Part shown: in pieces, positions 37,410 to 52,452 of the stretch
Layout: the number at the start of each line of letters is the position of its first letter
Position numbering within the stretch: position 1 is the first letter of the stretch
Source: Selaginella moellendorffii
Taxonomy: Eukaryota; Plantae; Lycopodiophyta
Direction of reading: 5' to 3'
Length of the DNA stretch: 64,000 bases
Assembly (NCBI RefSeq): GCF_000143415.4
Contig: NW_003314304.1
Span: forward strand, 635,587-699,586
Notes under the pieces: model-generated
The model's input: only the letters and a program-made list of their open reading frames with translations
Database searches by the model: none
Told to the model about the DNA's origin: nothing
Made by a program: the position numbers and the translations under genes

Positions 37410-40400
37410 ACAAAGAAAAATTAGAAAAACCAAGAAAAATAAGTAAAGATGGAAAGATCTCACTACCAAAAGAGCAAATAGTGAAAGTGGCTTCTATGAA
37501 AGTGATGATGATGGAAGCATTCCAGGAGGACACAAGGCATCCTGTAGAAGGCCTGGAATGTTGCTGAAATTGGCTGAATCGCCCTGAAGTGTTAGATCAC
37601 CTTAAGAATGCCTGAGGTGGCAAATAGTGTCACTGTAAGAGAATCTAGGATGCTAGCATTGCCTGGAAGGATGGAAGCCTCCTCAAGATGGTAGAAATTG
37701 TCTCTAGAGAGCTGAAGAAATTGTCATGTGTTGTTGATGAAGATCTGGTGGCCAGATGAAGTGTCAACAATGTCAAAAAATGCCTTGAGTGTTGTAGCAA
37801 GATGAAATCATGACCTAGCCATGAACCTGAGTCTGGGAAGAGCTGAAACGAGGTGTCAAGTTGGGAGAATCTCCAAGGAAAAGTCGAAATGCTACTGGAA
37901 AATGCCCACCACCTTTATGTCATGGTTGTATCCCAAGCAAGTAGCAAGGCTAGATTGCAGCTCTAGAGTGAGAAGTACCACCACGAGAGTAGTCATTAAG
38001 CTAGAGAGTCAAAAGTGTACTCAAAGAGACTGAAGAAGTCATGCTCTCCAAAGTGTTGTTGATGCCTTGTATGTTGGTTTCATTGACAGCTCCAAAGCTG
38101 CCATGTACCACATGAAACTACTCCATCTCAATGTGGTTGCCAAGCTTCCAAGATTGCATGGTAAAGTACATGCATATTGGGGAATTCCCTATAAAGGTAG
38201 AGTTAATATGCAATAAGAAACTTAGGGGTGGATATAAGCTTCACATGTAAGCTCCACCCTATGAGAACAAGTCAAAAACTTCATGACTACAGCAAATACC
38301 ACTCCTAGGCATTTGCTAGAGGCAATTGAAGATAGTTGCTTCTCTAGAAGAAAGTGGTCAAATAGTGGTTTTTCAATCCCAATAGCCACCACTCATCAAC
38401 TTCATCTGCAAGAATTGCTTCTGGATCCCCCACAACAACAAATGTGTCACAAACTCATATCTTGTGGTTGTTGATGTCCAAGCTCAAATGCAATGCATCC
38501 AAACTCTGTGTTGGTGTTGAGAGATCCTCGGTATGAGTCCCTTGTGACTTCTCAAATGGTCCTGGAGTTGGAAAAGTGCCTGGAAAATCCACCACTTGGA
38601 CAAATTCCTCACTGTGCTACAATGAAGGAATCAATGTGAAATCCCCAGATTTATTGAAGCACAAGGATCTCTAAAATTTTGTAGTGATGGTAGAGAATTC
38701 AAGTGTTGACGTAGTCCAATCCATGTTGAAGAAGTCAATCATATTGCACTCAACAACTTGGATCTCTGGCAGTGTGTCATCCTCGATAAGTTTCGGGAAA
38801 AGAACCTTGAGAGCTTGGTCAACTTCAGTGATGGAAGAAGCATCCACTTGAGACAAGTTGGATAGAAGTATAGAAAGACTATGGGCATTGAAAAGAGTTT
38901 TTGCATAGACACCATCGGTGATCATTAATTCTCCTTTGGCCAAAGTTGTTGTGCAAGTAGTAGCAAGATGCCACAGACATCCCAGGATGGAGTCCTTCAA
39001 CTTCCTAGATACTAGCTATTAGAAGTCCATAACAAGGAAATCCAGCATGGAAACCACTCCTTACACTGAGATCTTAACATTCTGGCAAATGCCCGCTAGG
39101 ACTGTTGAGTGATTGCAAATGTTTTGAGGATGATAGTTGTGTTAACAGCCACTTCCAAACCACTAGAGTGTGCCAAGTCAAGGGAAATGATGTTGCTCTA
39201 GGATCCAGAATCAAGTAATGCTTGTGTTGTCAAGGATTTATCACCAATCTGGACCTCTGCAAAGAATGCTCCGGGATCTTGAGTGGTCTGAGTGTTGACA
39301 ATATGTATGTTATGCTAAGGTTACATGGGGATACCTGAGGACTTGGCAAAATCCTCCATCTAAGAAGGAAAACCAAGTATGCATCGCAATTGGATTGGAG
39401 TGCTAGCAATCTAAGCAAGAACCTTCTGTAGGACCTGATAAAGAGTGAAGGGCAGCTAGGAGACCCCACCCAAAAAGTCAAATGAATTTTCAATTGTTGG
39501 ATCCAAAGTTGTGGCCAAGGATGTGGGTAGTGCTGCAAATACCGAAGCATGGGGTAATTTGCATGTTATAAGAGATGGTGAAGTTTTGGAAATTGGAGCT
39601 AGATCCTTCAATATCTAGGGCTGGTGAAGAAACTTTCTTGTGCCCCTTAGTCACCGCAACCATTTTATAACTGTCCTCTACAATGTAAACTATGCTTACA
39701 TGCATTGGTGTCTTCCCACAACTCGAAGAAGGGGTGTCTTCAATCACTTTTTGCTTTAGTTGTTGCTAGTATCTATTTGTTGGCCATGGAAGAGATGTAT
39801 TGCCTGCTAAAGGCTGTTGCTAAACATGCTAAATGGCTGAAGTTCTAGGTGAAGCTTCCAACATCTCTTTATGCTATACGTTGTAACATTGCAATGCAAG
39901 CAATACCAAAAATGAGAAGGGTGTCTTAGTCTTTCTACTTGTTGTAAGTGGCATGCTCTACACTCCTTAAGTAGCTTCTCCTGCATTTATTGCTACTATT
40001 AGATGATCTCCTTGTATCTTGCAAGTTTTGACAATGCCTTCTCGATTACCAAGTCATTCTTGTGCAGGGCTAGAGAAGAACAAACCACAGCAACACATAA
40101 GCTCTCATCTGAGGGTGGGAGGAATGCCTCCTCTACTTTAGAAATCTTGAGCTCTTAGAGAGGATCCAGTTCCAAAGGCTCTACTACAGCAAATGCCTCA
40201 TGACATATCTAAAACTCTTGCTTAAGCATCTTGCTTTGGAAATTTCCCTTGACGCTAGAGATGAATGCAATGATGCCATGAGGTTCATTTGTGATAACCT
40301 TCCGCTAAACAAACTCCTGCAAACAAATCTATGAGTAAGCAATTCGCCAATCGCTACTAATCAAAGTGACCCCAGAAAGATGCTTTGAATATGGAGTAGT

Positions 40401-41750
40401 TAGCCATGTCTGCGTCTAAGAGCATGCCTACTCATGCTGTTGCTTGGCTAGTGAATGATCATGAGAAGTTGTGGAACTTGTGATTATCCTTGACAACACC
40501 ATTCAATATGCAATATTGCTCAAAATGAATGATATGTGTCTTGGCAGAGATGTCACTATGTCAGTGCCAGAATTGCGAGCTTAGAGTGCTAGAAATTTGT
40601 CATGAAAACAAAGGAACACAATAAACAAAACTTCATGCATGTAGCCAAATACTCTATGAAAAAAATCACTCTTTAGCTCGTTGCAAAAAGGATGCCACAG
40701 TGCACAAGAAAGAAAAACCAGAATTGATACCCCAATCACGAGAAATCGTTAGAAGAGGGTAATATAAAAAATGAATACAAGAATGAGAAAATCTTTAAGC
40801 TAGAATTCAAGATCTCTCTCAATTTCCCAAGAAAACTTTCCATTCTCTTAAGAAAACTAAATTAGCTTGTCACACTAGGTTCATTAACTGTTGGGGCATC
40901 TTTTACCCAACCATTGATCCATCCCTCACATAAATGTTTGCAAACTCATAGATCCAAACTCAAGTGTAAGAGGAAATGGAAAGGAACCCAATTTTCAAGC
41001 CTCTCATGGGCTTATATACAAGGATGACAGAATATTATAAGGATATGGAATATTTCCTATGCTCTCTCAAGCTAGAATCTAAGCCATGATGCGAGGAGAA
41101 AGCAGTAATGAGCTAGTGTCCAATAAACACACTTGAGAGAGGCAACACTTTACCATATAGACTATGCCATGTCCACACCATGGAGGATAGTTAGACCATG
41201 AATGAATGCCTACTTAGGCATTCTACAAGCCAATTACCAACTCACCTCCCATCCTGGGGTTGAAATGCATGGATGGAGTGGTGGTGGAAGATTAATAAGG
41301 GATGCAACATCTCGCCTAGGATTTGTACCAAACATTGTATATGGCACAGCCATGGACCACAGCAAAGGAATTGTATTTCCCAATCCACCTAATCATATGT
41401 CCTCTCAAAGCCAAGAAGCCATATCACAATTTGTTGGAGGATAGTTGGACCATGAACAAACACCTACTTAGGCATTTTATAAGAGCAATTGACCAGTCAC
41501 TGACTCACTCAAATTCAAACTCAAAAATTGATGTAGCTATGCCAAGATGGAGGGAAACTTCCTTAAAAATCCGTTATAAATCCTATTGTGGGTTTGATGC
41601 CAATCACTCTATGCTATCTAAAGGGGAGAGCATAGTTGAAGTATTTGGATTGTGTTCTCCAACATTATATGATCCATTTTCTTAATACCCCTAGGATATT
41701 TCTTTGCTTATAAGAATTTGTGAATCCCTTGAAGGACTTGGGGTGAGTAC
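37410..41750 (-). mobile_element. Decayed Ty3/gypsy-like gag-protease element
   Basis: Minus strand ~39150-39280 reads FFAEVQIGDKSLTTQALLDSGS*SNIISLDLA (aspartic protease DSG). The region is absent from the duplicate at 53410-53457. Boundaries are uncertain. Confidence 0.55.
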
Positions 41751-42386
41751 AACTTGAGGACTTCAAAAATAATTCTCTTAATAAGCACTTGTTTTTATGC
41801 TAGTAAGCTCATTTCTTTTCCACAAGATTTTCTAACTCATAGCAAGTTTTTGAAGCTGTCAAAGAGTGAGAAAAATATGACTGTAGATGTTACTTGCCTA
41901 GTTGTTATCCTGATAAGGCAATAAGCTTAGAAACATCTAGGATAAAAGAAAAATGACTGATCAAAAGGGGATACAATAGTCTAGTCTTCAGAAATTAAAA
42001 TATTGTAAATCATAAGATACATCCACCAACCTTGCCATATATGCTGCCAAATCATGGAAAACAACAAAAGTTATAAGATCTAAAGGACAGAACGAGCTGT
42101 TAGGTTGGCATTATATGTCACAGATGTCAGGTATATACAATCAGCTAGACAATTTCATCTATTGGGCAGCACAAGAAATAGATTACAGATTAGCTTGAAT
42201 TTGACTATTAACAATAGGGTTTTTAAACATCGTACAGTACAACTTGAGTACAAACTGTACTAAACACAACTCCATCCATCTATCCTTTCTTTTGTCTTTT
42301 GTTCCCTTTTTCATTTCTTTATATAATTTCATCTAAATTGCTATAAGTATAATAATATGTAGCTTGTTAAACTTAGATTATTTGTA

Positions 42387-43389
<1,003 letters not shown>

Positions 43390-43410
43390 ATAGACATATA
43401 GCTAGGGTTG

Positions 43411-44709
43411 ATGGCGAGAAGGATCCTGCAGTGCGCTGCCAAAGCTGAGAACCTGTTCTACAACAGAAAAAAGGAGCTTGATGATCTCACTAAGCTATGC
43501 AAAACCGGTAGTATGGTGTTGATCACTGGTCCACAGGACTCGGGGAACAGAGTTTGCGAGGAGGCAGGAGATAAGTGGCCAAGGCCACCCTATCTACCTC
43601 AACATGAGGGCAGGAACATTCAGCACTGCAGCCAACTTTGCGAAGGAGCTCGAGCCTCAGCTGAATCCCTTTCTGGCAGCAGCGGCCGAGTATGCCAAGA
43701 CCATCCCAATGGCAGACAATGTTGCAGCCTCTGCAGGTGGGCTAAGCGAACACATTCAAGCTGTGGAGCGCACTCCAGATACAGATTTGCAGGCTTTATT
43801 GAAAAGCATCCGCGGCCTTCTATTCTCTTGGAGACGACGTTTAACATCTCGCAAAGACACGGCCCTCCCGACCTTGATCATTGACGAGGCACACAGACTC
43901 CTCGAATGGAGCCTCGCACCGGAGGAGCAACAACACCTGAAGACCTTGATGGCTTATTTCATCATGATTACCAAGGAGCGCCAGGAGGCCAATGTGATTC
44001 TCTGCACCTCGGAAGACTTCTTCAGAGGCTTGACTCGCGTGTTGGCCCCGAGAGGTATCAGCCGAGGATGGTCGGTGACCTTACTGAGGAGCAGGCTCGG
44101 AAATTTTTCCTGATGGCATTACTTGACGGCTGGGTTGCTGATGGATACAAGTTTCCCGAGGATTTGTGGAAGGAGATCTTTTCTCTCGTTGGTGGAAGAA
44201 CGTTGCTCTTAAGTCGGCTGGCGCTGAATCTGAGTTCGTATCTGGAGGACGAGTCTCTTTTACGAAAAGCATGGGCGTCTGAATGCAAGATACTGGTGGA
44301 TGCAACTCACCAGAAAGTTGAAATGGGCTTTGGACCTATGGACTTTCAAGGTAACGTGGACAGGGATAGACCGTGCTGGAGCGTCGAAGACTACGAAGCA
44401 GTGTTGAGGGAACTGTCACGGGCTGAGGGTGGTGTCGTCTCTGTGCAGTACCTCATGGGCTACAAAATAGTTTCCGAGGCGGCTCTCCACAGCATGGTAC
44501 AGCACAGCTTCCTGCACTATCGTTCTTCCTTGTGTCCGTGGGCGGACGACTTGGCATGGTACAAAGGAAAGTGGCCTATTGTCATGGCCCCGTCCCTTCC
44601 ACGTTTCCATGCGATGGTGTCAATCATAGAGGTAAGATGCTGCTCTTTTAGCTTTTCTACGACATAACAATGTGTGTCTACACAGGAACGTGCTAAATGT
44701 GCTATGTAA
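43411..44709 (+). pseudogene. P-loop ATPase (archaeal-ATPase/STAND-like), frameshifted copy 1
   Basis: FYNRKKEL, VLITGPQDSG (Walker A), LIIDEAH (Walker B) and VGGRTLLL. It has a 14-bp deletion at Walker A and a 4-bp deletion near 44027 relative to copy 2. Confidence 0.75.
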
Positions 44710-44819
44710 CAGGTATTCCAAATTACTTCCATATCAAGTTTTCTGATTCTAATCACACAAGTATTTCTTTCTATTCATTTCATGTTAAACACTTGTTTAT
44801 GAATGAGGTTTAAGCTAGA

Positions 44820-45030
44820 TCAGGGGAATGGAGGGGAAACGTTACCATCCCGTTTGCTCCTTTGAAAGGAGCTTTCCAGTGACAATATGGAGGTTTTCTG
44901 CCAAGGAACGTCCAAGCTCCATGCAATCTGTGCATACATTCGCTCATAATTTTGTTCTGGCCAAAGTTTGCCGTCGTCCTCGTTGATCAAGTCGATTCCT
45001 ATATTTAAGATCAAGAGATCAAAAGTTAAT
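44820..45030 (+). pseudogene. ALG2 5' fragments
   Basis: caggggaatggagggga and ggagctttccagtgaca..ttctggccaaagtttg match 33998-34500. A second copy lies at ~54900-55060. Confidence 0.75.
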
Positions 45031-45233
45031 AGAATGATCTTTATCCATCAACATATTTTAAAATCTCAAGAGTTTAGAAAAATGGAAATTGACATCCCAA
45101 GCAATGTTTCCTGAACTTGTTAGCTCCAGCGAATCCAGCCTTCTTTGTAGCATAACTGATATTTGAGATAGGACGTGTCCATTTGCAAGATGGAGAAAAT
45201 GGACTTAGTTGAATTAATTGTTATATCCAAAAG

Positions 45234-45305
45234 GTGGCTGTAGTTTACTGGTGAGAATTCCACGTTGTGGCTGTGGAGACCTGGGCTCGAATCCCAGCAG
45301 CCACA
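45234..45305 (+). tRNA. tRNA-His(GTG), with two deviations from the usual plant sequence
   Basis: GTGGCTG/CAGCCAC acceptor stem, CCACG-TTGTGGC-TGTGG anticodon arm, CTGGG-CTCGAAT-CCCAG T arm, and TTTT downstream. Confidence 0.88.
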
Positions 45306-45336
45306 CTCATTTTGTTAGCCCATCTAGCCTTGACTA

Positions 45337-45860
45337 ATGCTGACTAGGAATCACTGGCTTCAGCTGATACAGTCATGCAGCTCACTATCCAATGCAAGAC
45401 AGATCTATTCAAGCCTACCCAGCTCTGATATTTATTTGGCAAACAAGCTCGTAGAAATGTATGGAAGATGCGGCAGCCATTATCATGCCCAGCTAGTCTT
45501 TGATCAAATCCAGCCAAAAGACTCATTCAGCTGCGATTTGATGCTCACTGCTGACCTGAGAAACGGGAGCTTTTCTTTGATCAAATCCAGCCAAAAGACT
45601 CATTCAGCTGCGATTTGATGCTCACTGCTGACCTGAGAAACGGGAGCTTTTCTTTGATCAAATCCAGCCAAAAGACTCATTCAGCTGCGATTTGATGCTC
45701 ACTGCTGACCTGAGAAACAGGAGCTTTGACGAGGCCAAGCGGTTCTTCAGCTCCATTCCTCACAAAACTGCTGTTGCAAGGACTGTGATGCTGAACGTAT
45801 TTGCCAAAAATAGGGATCTCCTGCAGGCCAAAGAGATTTTTGATCGTATGCCTGAGAGAG
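45337..45860 (+). pseudogene. Truncated PPR copy of 55337-57526
   Basis: Same MLTRNHWLQLIQSC start, disrupted by a 77-bp triplication and truncated. Confidence 0.9.
45497..45727. repeat. 3 x 77-bp tandem repeat
   Basis: Units start at 45497, 45574 and 45651. Confidence 0.9.
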
Positions 45861-46590
45861 ATTTTGGTAGCTCTCTCCAAACAATGTGATATACTTCCAC
45901 CAAGAACCCTAAAATCAATAACAAAGCTGTATAGAATGTTCTTTGCACGCTCTTCAATCCAATCCATGCCAACAACGCTGTCATGATCGCCAGATCGCGC
46001 GTCCTCCCCAAGATCCTCCGCGAATTCCAGGTCCTATCGAGCAAGGTGTTGTGGAAGCACACCTCCACGTGGGGGATCTTGAGCATGGAGCACATGGAGC
46101 TGGTGATCCAGTGGATGGCCAAGAGGGGCATCCACTGGATGTGGATCTGCATTGTCCTGGCCAGTGATTTTTATGCTTCCAGGTGCACCGTTCTCGTGGT
46201 GGAAGAGTGAGGATTCACCTGGCGATTGTGCACAGAGGAGGCAGATCAGGAAGCAGAAGAAGAGGAGTGGCATGCCCAGGATCTTCGGGGATGTGAGAGA
46301 TTTTAGGGTTCTTGAGGATTCAGGATTTTAGGGTTCTTGGACGATCGATCAGGGAGAATGCTGTTCCCATCGACTGCTCAGCGGATGCGGCATTTTCGTC
46401 CGCGGGTAGCGCTGGGCGACACAAAGACTTTCATGTGGCTGGTGACTGACATCCTGTGTGAGCACGAGATGGTGATGGTGGACGAGTGCTAGGGGCATTT
46501 GCAGGAGCGAGTAGAGCACGGGGAGCTCAAGAGCAAGCACCACATGAGGCAGCTGCTGCAGTGGATGGGCGATATGTAGATTCTGCGCCC
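45860..46590 (+). pseudogene. Decayed copy of the mL80-like pair (60190-60970)
   Basis: Collinear sequence with indels and premature stops. Confidence 0.85.
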
Positions 46591-49500
46591 ATCAGAGAGG
46601 ATTGATGAGGAAAGATTTAAAAGGTTATTTCAAGAATTGAAATCTGGAGATCTGTTTGCTACCCACAATGGTGAGCCTCTCATCTATCGAATGTTGTTGG
46701 AACATGGCCGCCACCTAATCTTTGTCCAAATAAGAACATTGCGACTATACAACTTCATTCTGGTTTCTGACACATATGCTTCCGTATATAGTGATCAATT
46801 GACCAGATTGATAAATGGAGTCCTCAATAAATAGTGTGGGAATAACAATTTTCAAAAGTTAGAACACTATTTAGGAAATGGTGGCAGGAAAGTTAATATT
46901 CTTCAACAAGTGCAACCAGAGCAATAACAGCAGCCAACACAGTAGTAACTAGTGCAGTAGCGGCAATAGCAACATTGGCAGCAACAGCCACACAGCTGGC
47001 AGAGTAGGAGCAGCAACAGCCAGCACAGCAGCCACGCTAGGTATGCTATCGTGGGAGAGGGCAGCAGTAGTCACAGCAATTGGCAGAGCAAGAGTAGCAG
47101 TAGCAACTGGCAGAGCAAGAGCAATAGTAGCCGATGCAATAGCCACGCCAGATATGCTATCATAGGAGAGGGCAACAACAGCATCAGCATCAGCAGCAAC
47201 AGCTGCAGCAACTGCTAGAGTAGGAGTAGCAGCAGGTTCGATGCTTGCATGAGAAAGAATTACAGAAACCATGCAACCCTAAGATCAATGACCACCCTGT
47301 TTCTTTAGTGTTTAGGGTTTTTCAATATTCTTGGTTGTTAGAGCTTATTCCAAAGAATATAAAAGGCGCTACCGATTGAGTAAACACGGTAAGGAACATA
47401 GAGTTACTAGATTCAAGACTTGCATACTATAAACACTTGCTCATGCTCTTCTGAGAGCTATTGGTGCTACTTTTGGTAGAGTTATTTTAGAGTGGAGCGA
47501 AGTGCCTAAAAATCCCTTTCCTTTGCCTCCCCTCCTTGAGAGCAAGTGGAATTTAATTGAGACAGTTTTAAACTACAAAAAGAACTTCTAAAGCACTTAA
47601 AGAACAATTGAAATTTTTCTGAGTGTAGATGAAATTGTTTTCAAGAGTACTGGGAGAATGAAAATAGTGTCCCTTTTCAAAGTGGAGAGATAGTGATATA
47701 CCTATCAAAGAGGATTGATTGGGAGAGATTTAAAAAGTTATTTTAAGAGTTGAAACTTGGAGATTTGTTTGTGTAAGCAACCAAAGGGAATGACTTGAGA
47801 TACGATCCATGGGGTTCAAATATAGAGGGAAAGGGCCCATGAACAAGAGTGCACCCCCTTTTCCAATCGGTTAAGGGTCTTGGGATATTTGGGGTTAAGC
47901 GTCCTTGGGTTTGAATAGTACTGGGCTGGGTGACCTCCCGGGAAGTCCAAACTCAGGAGCGCTTACATTTGGTATCAGAGAGGTTTCAGGTCCGACTCTG
48001 TTGGTTGGCTAAGGGAATCACACCACATGTTGATTGACATCTGGCTGGTCCAGTTTGCTCCCGCTGGGCTCGACCCGAGGGGTAGGGTGTCAAGAGAGCG
48101 AGGCTCTCGGGAGAGCTGCGGCTCTCAGCTTCCGTTCACGAGGGCGTGAACTTGCAGGGAAGCGTGGTGGATTGTAAGCAACCAAAGGGAATGACTTGAG
48201 ATACGATCCATGGGGTTCAAATATAGAGGGAAAGGGCCCATGAACAAGAGTGCACCCCCTTTTCCAATCGGTTAAGGGTCTTGGGATATTTGGGGTTAAG
48301 CGTCCTTGGGTTTGAATAGTACTGGGCTGGGTGACCTCCCGGGAAGTCCAAACTCAGGAGCGCTTACAGTTTGCTTGAAGATTTTTAACCCACAACGGTG
48401 AGCATCTCATCTATCAAATGTTGTTGGACCATGGCTGCCACCTAATCTTTGTCCAAACAAGAACATTGCAACTATACAACTTCATTATGGTTTTTGACAC
48501 ATATGCTTCCTTATATAGTGATCAATTGACTAGATTAATAAATGGACTCCTCAATGAATAGTGTGGGAACAACAATTTTCAAAAGTTAGAACACTATTTA
48601 GGAAATGGTGGCAAGAAAGTTGATACTCTTCAACAAGTGCAAGCAAAGCAACAGCAGCAATAGTAGCATCAGGAGTAGTAGCCACACAACTGGCAGAGCA
48701 AGAGTAGCAATAGCCAACACAACAACCACGCTAGGTATGCTATCATAGGAGAGAGCAACAATAGTCACAGCAACTAGTGGAGCAAGAGTAGCATCAACAA
48801 TTGGCGGAGCAAGAGTAGCAGCAGCCGATACAGCAGCCACACCAGGTATGCTATTGTAGGAGAGGGCAGTAGCAGCATTAGCATCAACAACAAAAACTGT
48901 AGCAACTGCCAGAGTAGGAGCAACAGTAGCTCTAGCTAGAGGTCACAGGTTTGATGCTTGCATGAGAAAGAATTACCGAAACCATGCAACCCTAAGATCA
49001 ATTGGTTGTTATGGCTTATTCCAAAGAATATAGAAGGCGTTATCAATTGAGTAGATGCAGTAAGGAGCATAGAGTTAAGAGATTCAAGACTCACATACTG
49101 TGAGCACTTCCTTGTGCTACTCATGCTACTTGCATTCTTCTAAGAGCTATTGGTGTTGCTTTCGGTAGACCTATTTTGGAGTGGAGTGAAGTGCCTACAA
49201 ATCCCTTTCTTCTGCCTCCCCTCCCTGAGAGCGAGCGAAATTTAATCAAGAGAGTTTTAAAGTATATAAAGAACTTTTAAACTACTTAAAGAATGGTCAA
49301 ATTTTTTCTGAGTGTAGATGAAGTTGTTTTTAGTTGTATTAGGAGAATGAAAATAGTATCCCTTTTCAAAGTGGAGAGACAGTGATATACCCATTAGAGA
49401 GGATTGATGGGGAGAGATTTAAAAAGTTATTTCAAGAGTTAAAATCTAAAGATTTGTTTGCTTGAAGATTTCTTGCCTACAATAGTGAGCTTCTCATCCA

Positions 49501-51050
49501 TCGAATGTTGCTAGAACATGGCCGCCACCTAATCTTTGTCCAAACAAACTATACAACTTCATTCTAGTTTCTGACACATATGCTTCTGTATATGGTGATC
49601 AATTGACCAGATTGATAAATGGACTCCTTGATGAATAGTGTGGGAACAACGATTTTCAAAAGTTAGAACACTATTTAGGAAATGGTGGCAGGAAAATTGA
49701 TACTCTTTAACAAGTGCAAGTAGAGTAGCAGCAGCAGCCAGCACAGCAACGGCAATAGTAGCATCGGCAGCAGTAGCCACACAACTAGCAAAGCAGGAGC
49801 AACAGCAGCTAGCATAGCAACCACGCTAGGTATGCTATCACAGGAGAGGGCAGTAGTAGTCGCAGCAACTAGCAGAGCAAAAGGAGCAGCAACCACGCCA
49901 GGTATGCTATCGTAGGAGAGGGTAGCAGTAGCATCAGCATCAGTAGCAACAGCTGCAGTAGCTGCCAAAGTAGGAGCAACAGCAGCCCTCACTAGAGGTT
50001 GCAGGTTCGATGCTTACATGAGAAAGAATTATCGAAACCATGCAGCCCTAAGGTCAACGGATGCCCTTTTTCTTTATTGTTTAGGGTTTTTCAATGTTCT
50101 TGGTTGTTAGGGCTTATTCCAAAGAATACAAAAGGTGTTGTCGACTGAGTAGACGCAGTAAGGAACATAGAGTTAAAAATTCAAAACTCGCATATTACGA
50201 GCACTTGCTCACGCTCTTCTGAGAGCTATTGGTGCTACTTTTGGTAGACCTATTTTGGAGTGGAGTGAAGTGCCTAAAAATCCCTTTCCTTTGCCTCCCC
50301 TCCCTAAGAGTGAGCGGAATCTAATCAAGAGAGTTTTAAACTATTTAAAAGACTTTTAAAGTACTTAAAGAATTATTGAAATTTTTTTGAGTGTAGATAA
50401 AGTTCTTTTTGAGGGTATTGGGACAATGAAAATAGTGTCCCTTTTCAAAGTGGAGAGATAGTGATATACCCATCAGAGAGGATTGATGGGGAGAGATTTG
50501 AAAAGTTACTTCAAGAGTTGAAATCTGGAGATCTGTTTGCTTTGGGATTTCCTACCCACGATGGTGAGCCTCTCATCTATCGAATGTTGCTGGAATATGG
50601 CCGCCACTTAATCTTTGTCCAAATAAGAACATTGCAACTATACAGCTTCATTTTTGTTTCTGACACATATGCTTCCATACATGGTGATCAATTGACTAGA
50701 TTGATAAATAGACTCCTCGATGAATAGTGTGGGAATAACGATTTTCAAAAGTTAGAATACTATTTAAGAAATGGTGGCAGGAAAGTAGATATTCTTCAGC
50801 AAGTGCAAGCGAGGCAGCAGTAGCTAACACAGCAGTGGCAGCAGCAGCATCGGCAAGAGCAGCGGCACGGTTGGCAAAGCAGGAGCAACAATAGTAGTAG
50901 CAGCCGACACAGCAGCCACACTAGGTATGCTATTCCACTACAAATGGCAAAGCAGCAGCAGCAGCAGCTGAGATAGGAGCCAGCGCAGTAGCCAAATATG
51001 CTATTGCAGTATAGAGAAGTGCACAAGTGTGACTCCAATTATCAACAACA
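46589..51050. repeat. Tandem array of ~1.1-kb units (about 3.5 copies) with GCA-rich subrepeats
   Basis: Unit starts (ccatcagagaggattgat-like) at ~46589, 47701, 49390 and 50469. Confidence 0.9.
47772..48368 (+). mobile_element. Intact Cassandra-type TRIM with 5S-RNA-derived LTR segment
   Basis: Identical 196-bp TG..CA LTRs (47772-47967, 48173-48368), tRNA-Met PBS TGGTATCAGAG (47970-47980), purine-rich tract before LTR2 and TSD GTTTG. The 5S-like segments lie at 47894-47948 and 48295-48349. Confidence 0.95.
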
Positions 51051-51065
51051 AGTTGATGCTCTATG

Positions 51066-51591
51066 ATTGTTTTTCCTTCATTCATGAGTTCCAAGGCTGA
51101 CATGGTTGCTACTAGTGTGCTGCCAATTGATAAGATGACAGATTACAAGGGTCTGATTCAGGTTATTGTGAATCAAATCCCACGGAGGCAGCTGGAAGAG
51201 ACTTATGGCTTGCTCCTGCTGAAGCCAAGGCCATATTAGGATCAAAATAGGCCTCCTACTGCTGGCGAGCTTCTCAAGTCATATGCTCAATCGCGCGGCT
51301 ATGTAGCTTTGAGAGGTCTTCTAGATGAGACACAATCTGCTCTCAAGGACTACCTCAATGGTAAGCTTTTAAACTACCATACTCCACCAGACGACGACAC
51401 CACAAGTGACAATGAAAGCAACAACGATGATGAGAAGCTGGTGGTGTGACGTTGACAATCTCTCAGGAGAAGAGGACGAAGAAGACGAAGAAGGAGAAGA
51501 AGAAGAAGAAGGATCAAAAACAGCTACAGCTACTGGTGAATCCAATCTCAAAGCTGGACTGGATGTCCAAAAGCTTTTAACGCACACATAA
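51066..51591 (+). pseudogene. LSG1: 3' fragment of large-subunit GTPase 1
   Basis: IVFPSFMSSKADMVATSVLPIDKM..RPPTAGELLKSYAQSRGYV..DET..LKDYLNGKL, with a stop and a deletion. Confidence 0.75.
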
Positions 51592-51929
51592 GTAAAAGGT
51601 TAGAGGCCTGGTACACATGGCAAAATTATGCGATGCCACGTGGAGGTACTAAGCTTGTGCACGTGGCAAAATGCAATGCTGCCAAGTCGGAAGTACTTCT
51701 AGGCTAAGAAAGCCAAAACTTCTATTGCAGTTTTAACATTGATCCGCCTACTGGGCTTTTCTCTGATTCTCGCTTTTGATCTTGATGTCACCCTGTTCTA
51801 CAGCAACCACCACAAATGGATGAGTATAAATGTGTAAACATACCCCCGTCTTGTCGCAATATCATTTGGAGTGGATTATTAAGGACTTATTAAGTGGATC
51901 TGTCTCTCCATAGCGTTTATACTGGAGCA

Positions 51930-52435
<506 letters not shown>

Positions 52436-52452
52436 GTGGTGATTCCTTTCTT

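Noticed and set aside
45497-45727. CRISPR-like array
   Set aside because: Contiguous tandem units without spacers, inside a eukaryotic PPR pseudogene.
47894-47948. 5S rRNA gene
   Set aside because: Only the internal promoter part is present and it lies inside TRIM LTRs; the 5' and 3' ends of 5S are missing.
46949-51038. Ala/Leu-rich minus-strand ORFs
   Set aside because: By-products of GCA-rich subrepeats; the frames are not conserved between units.
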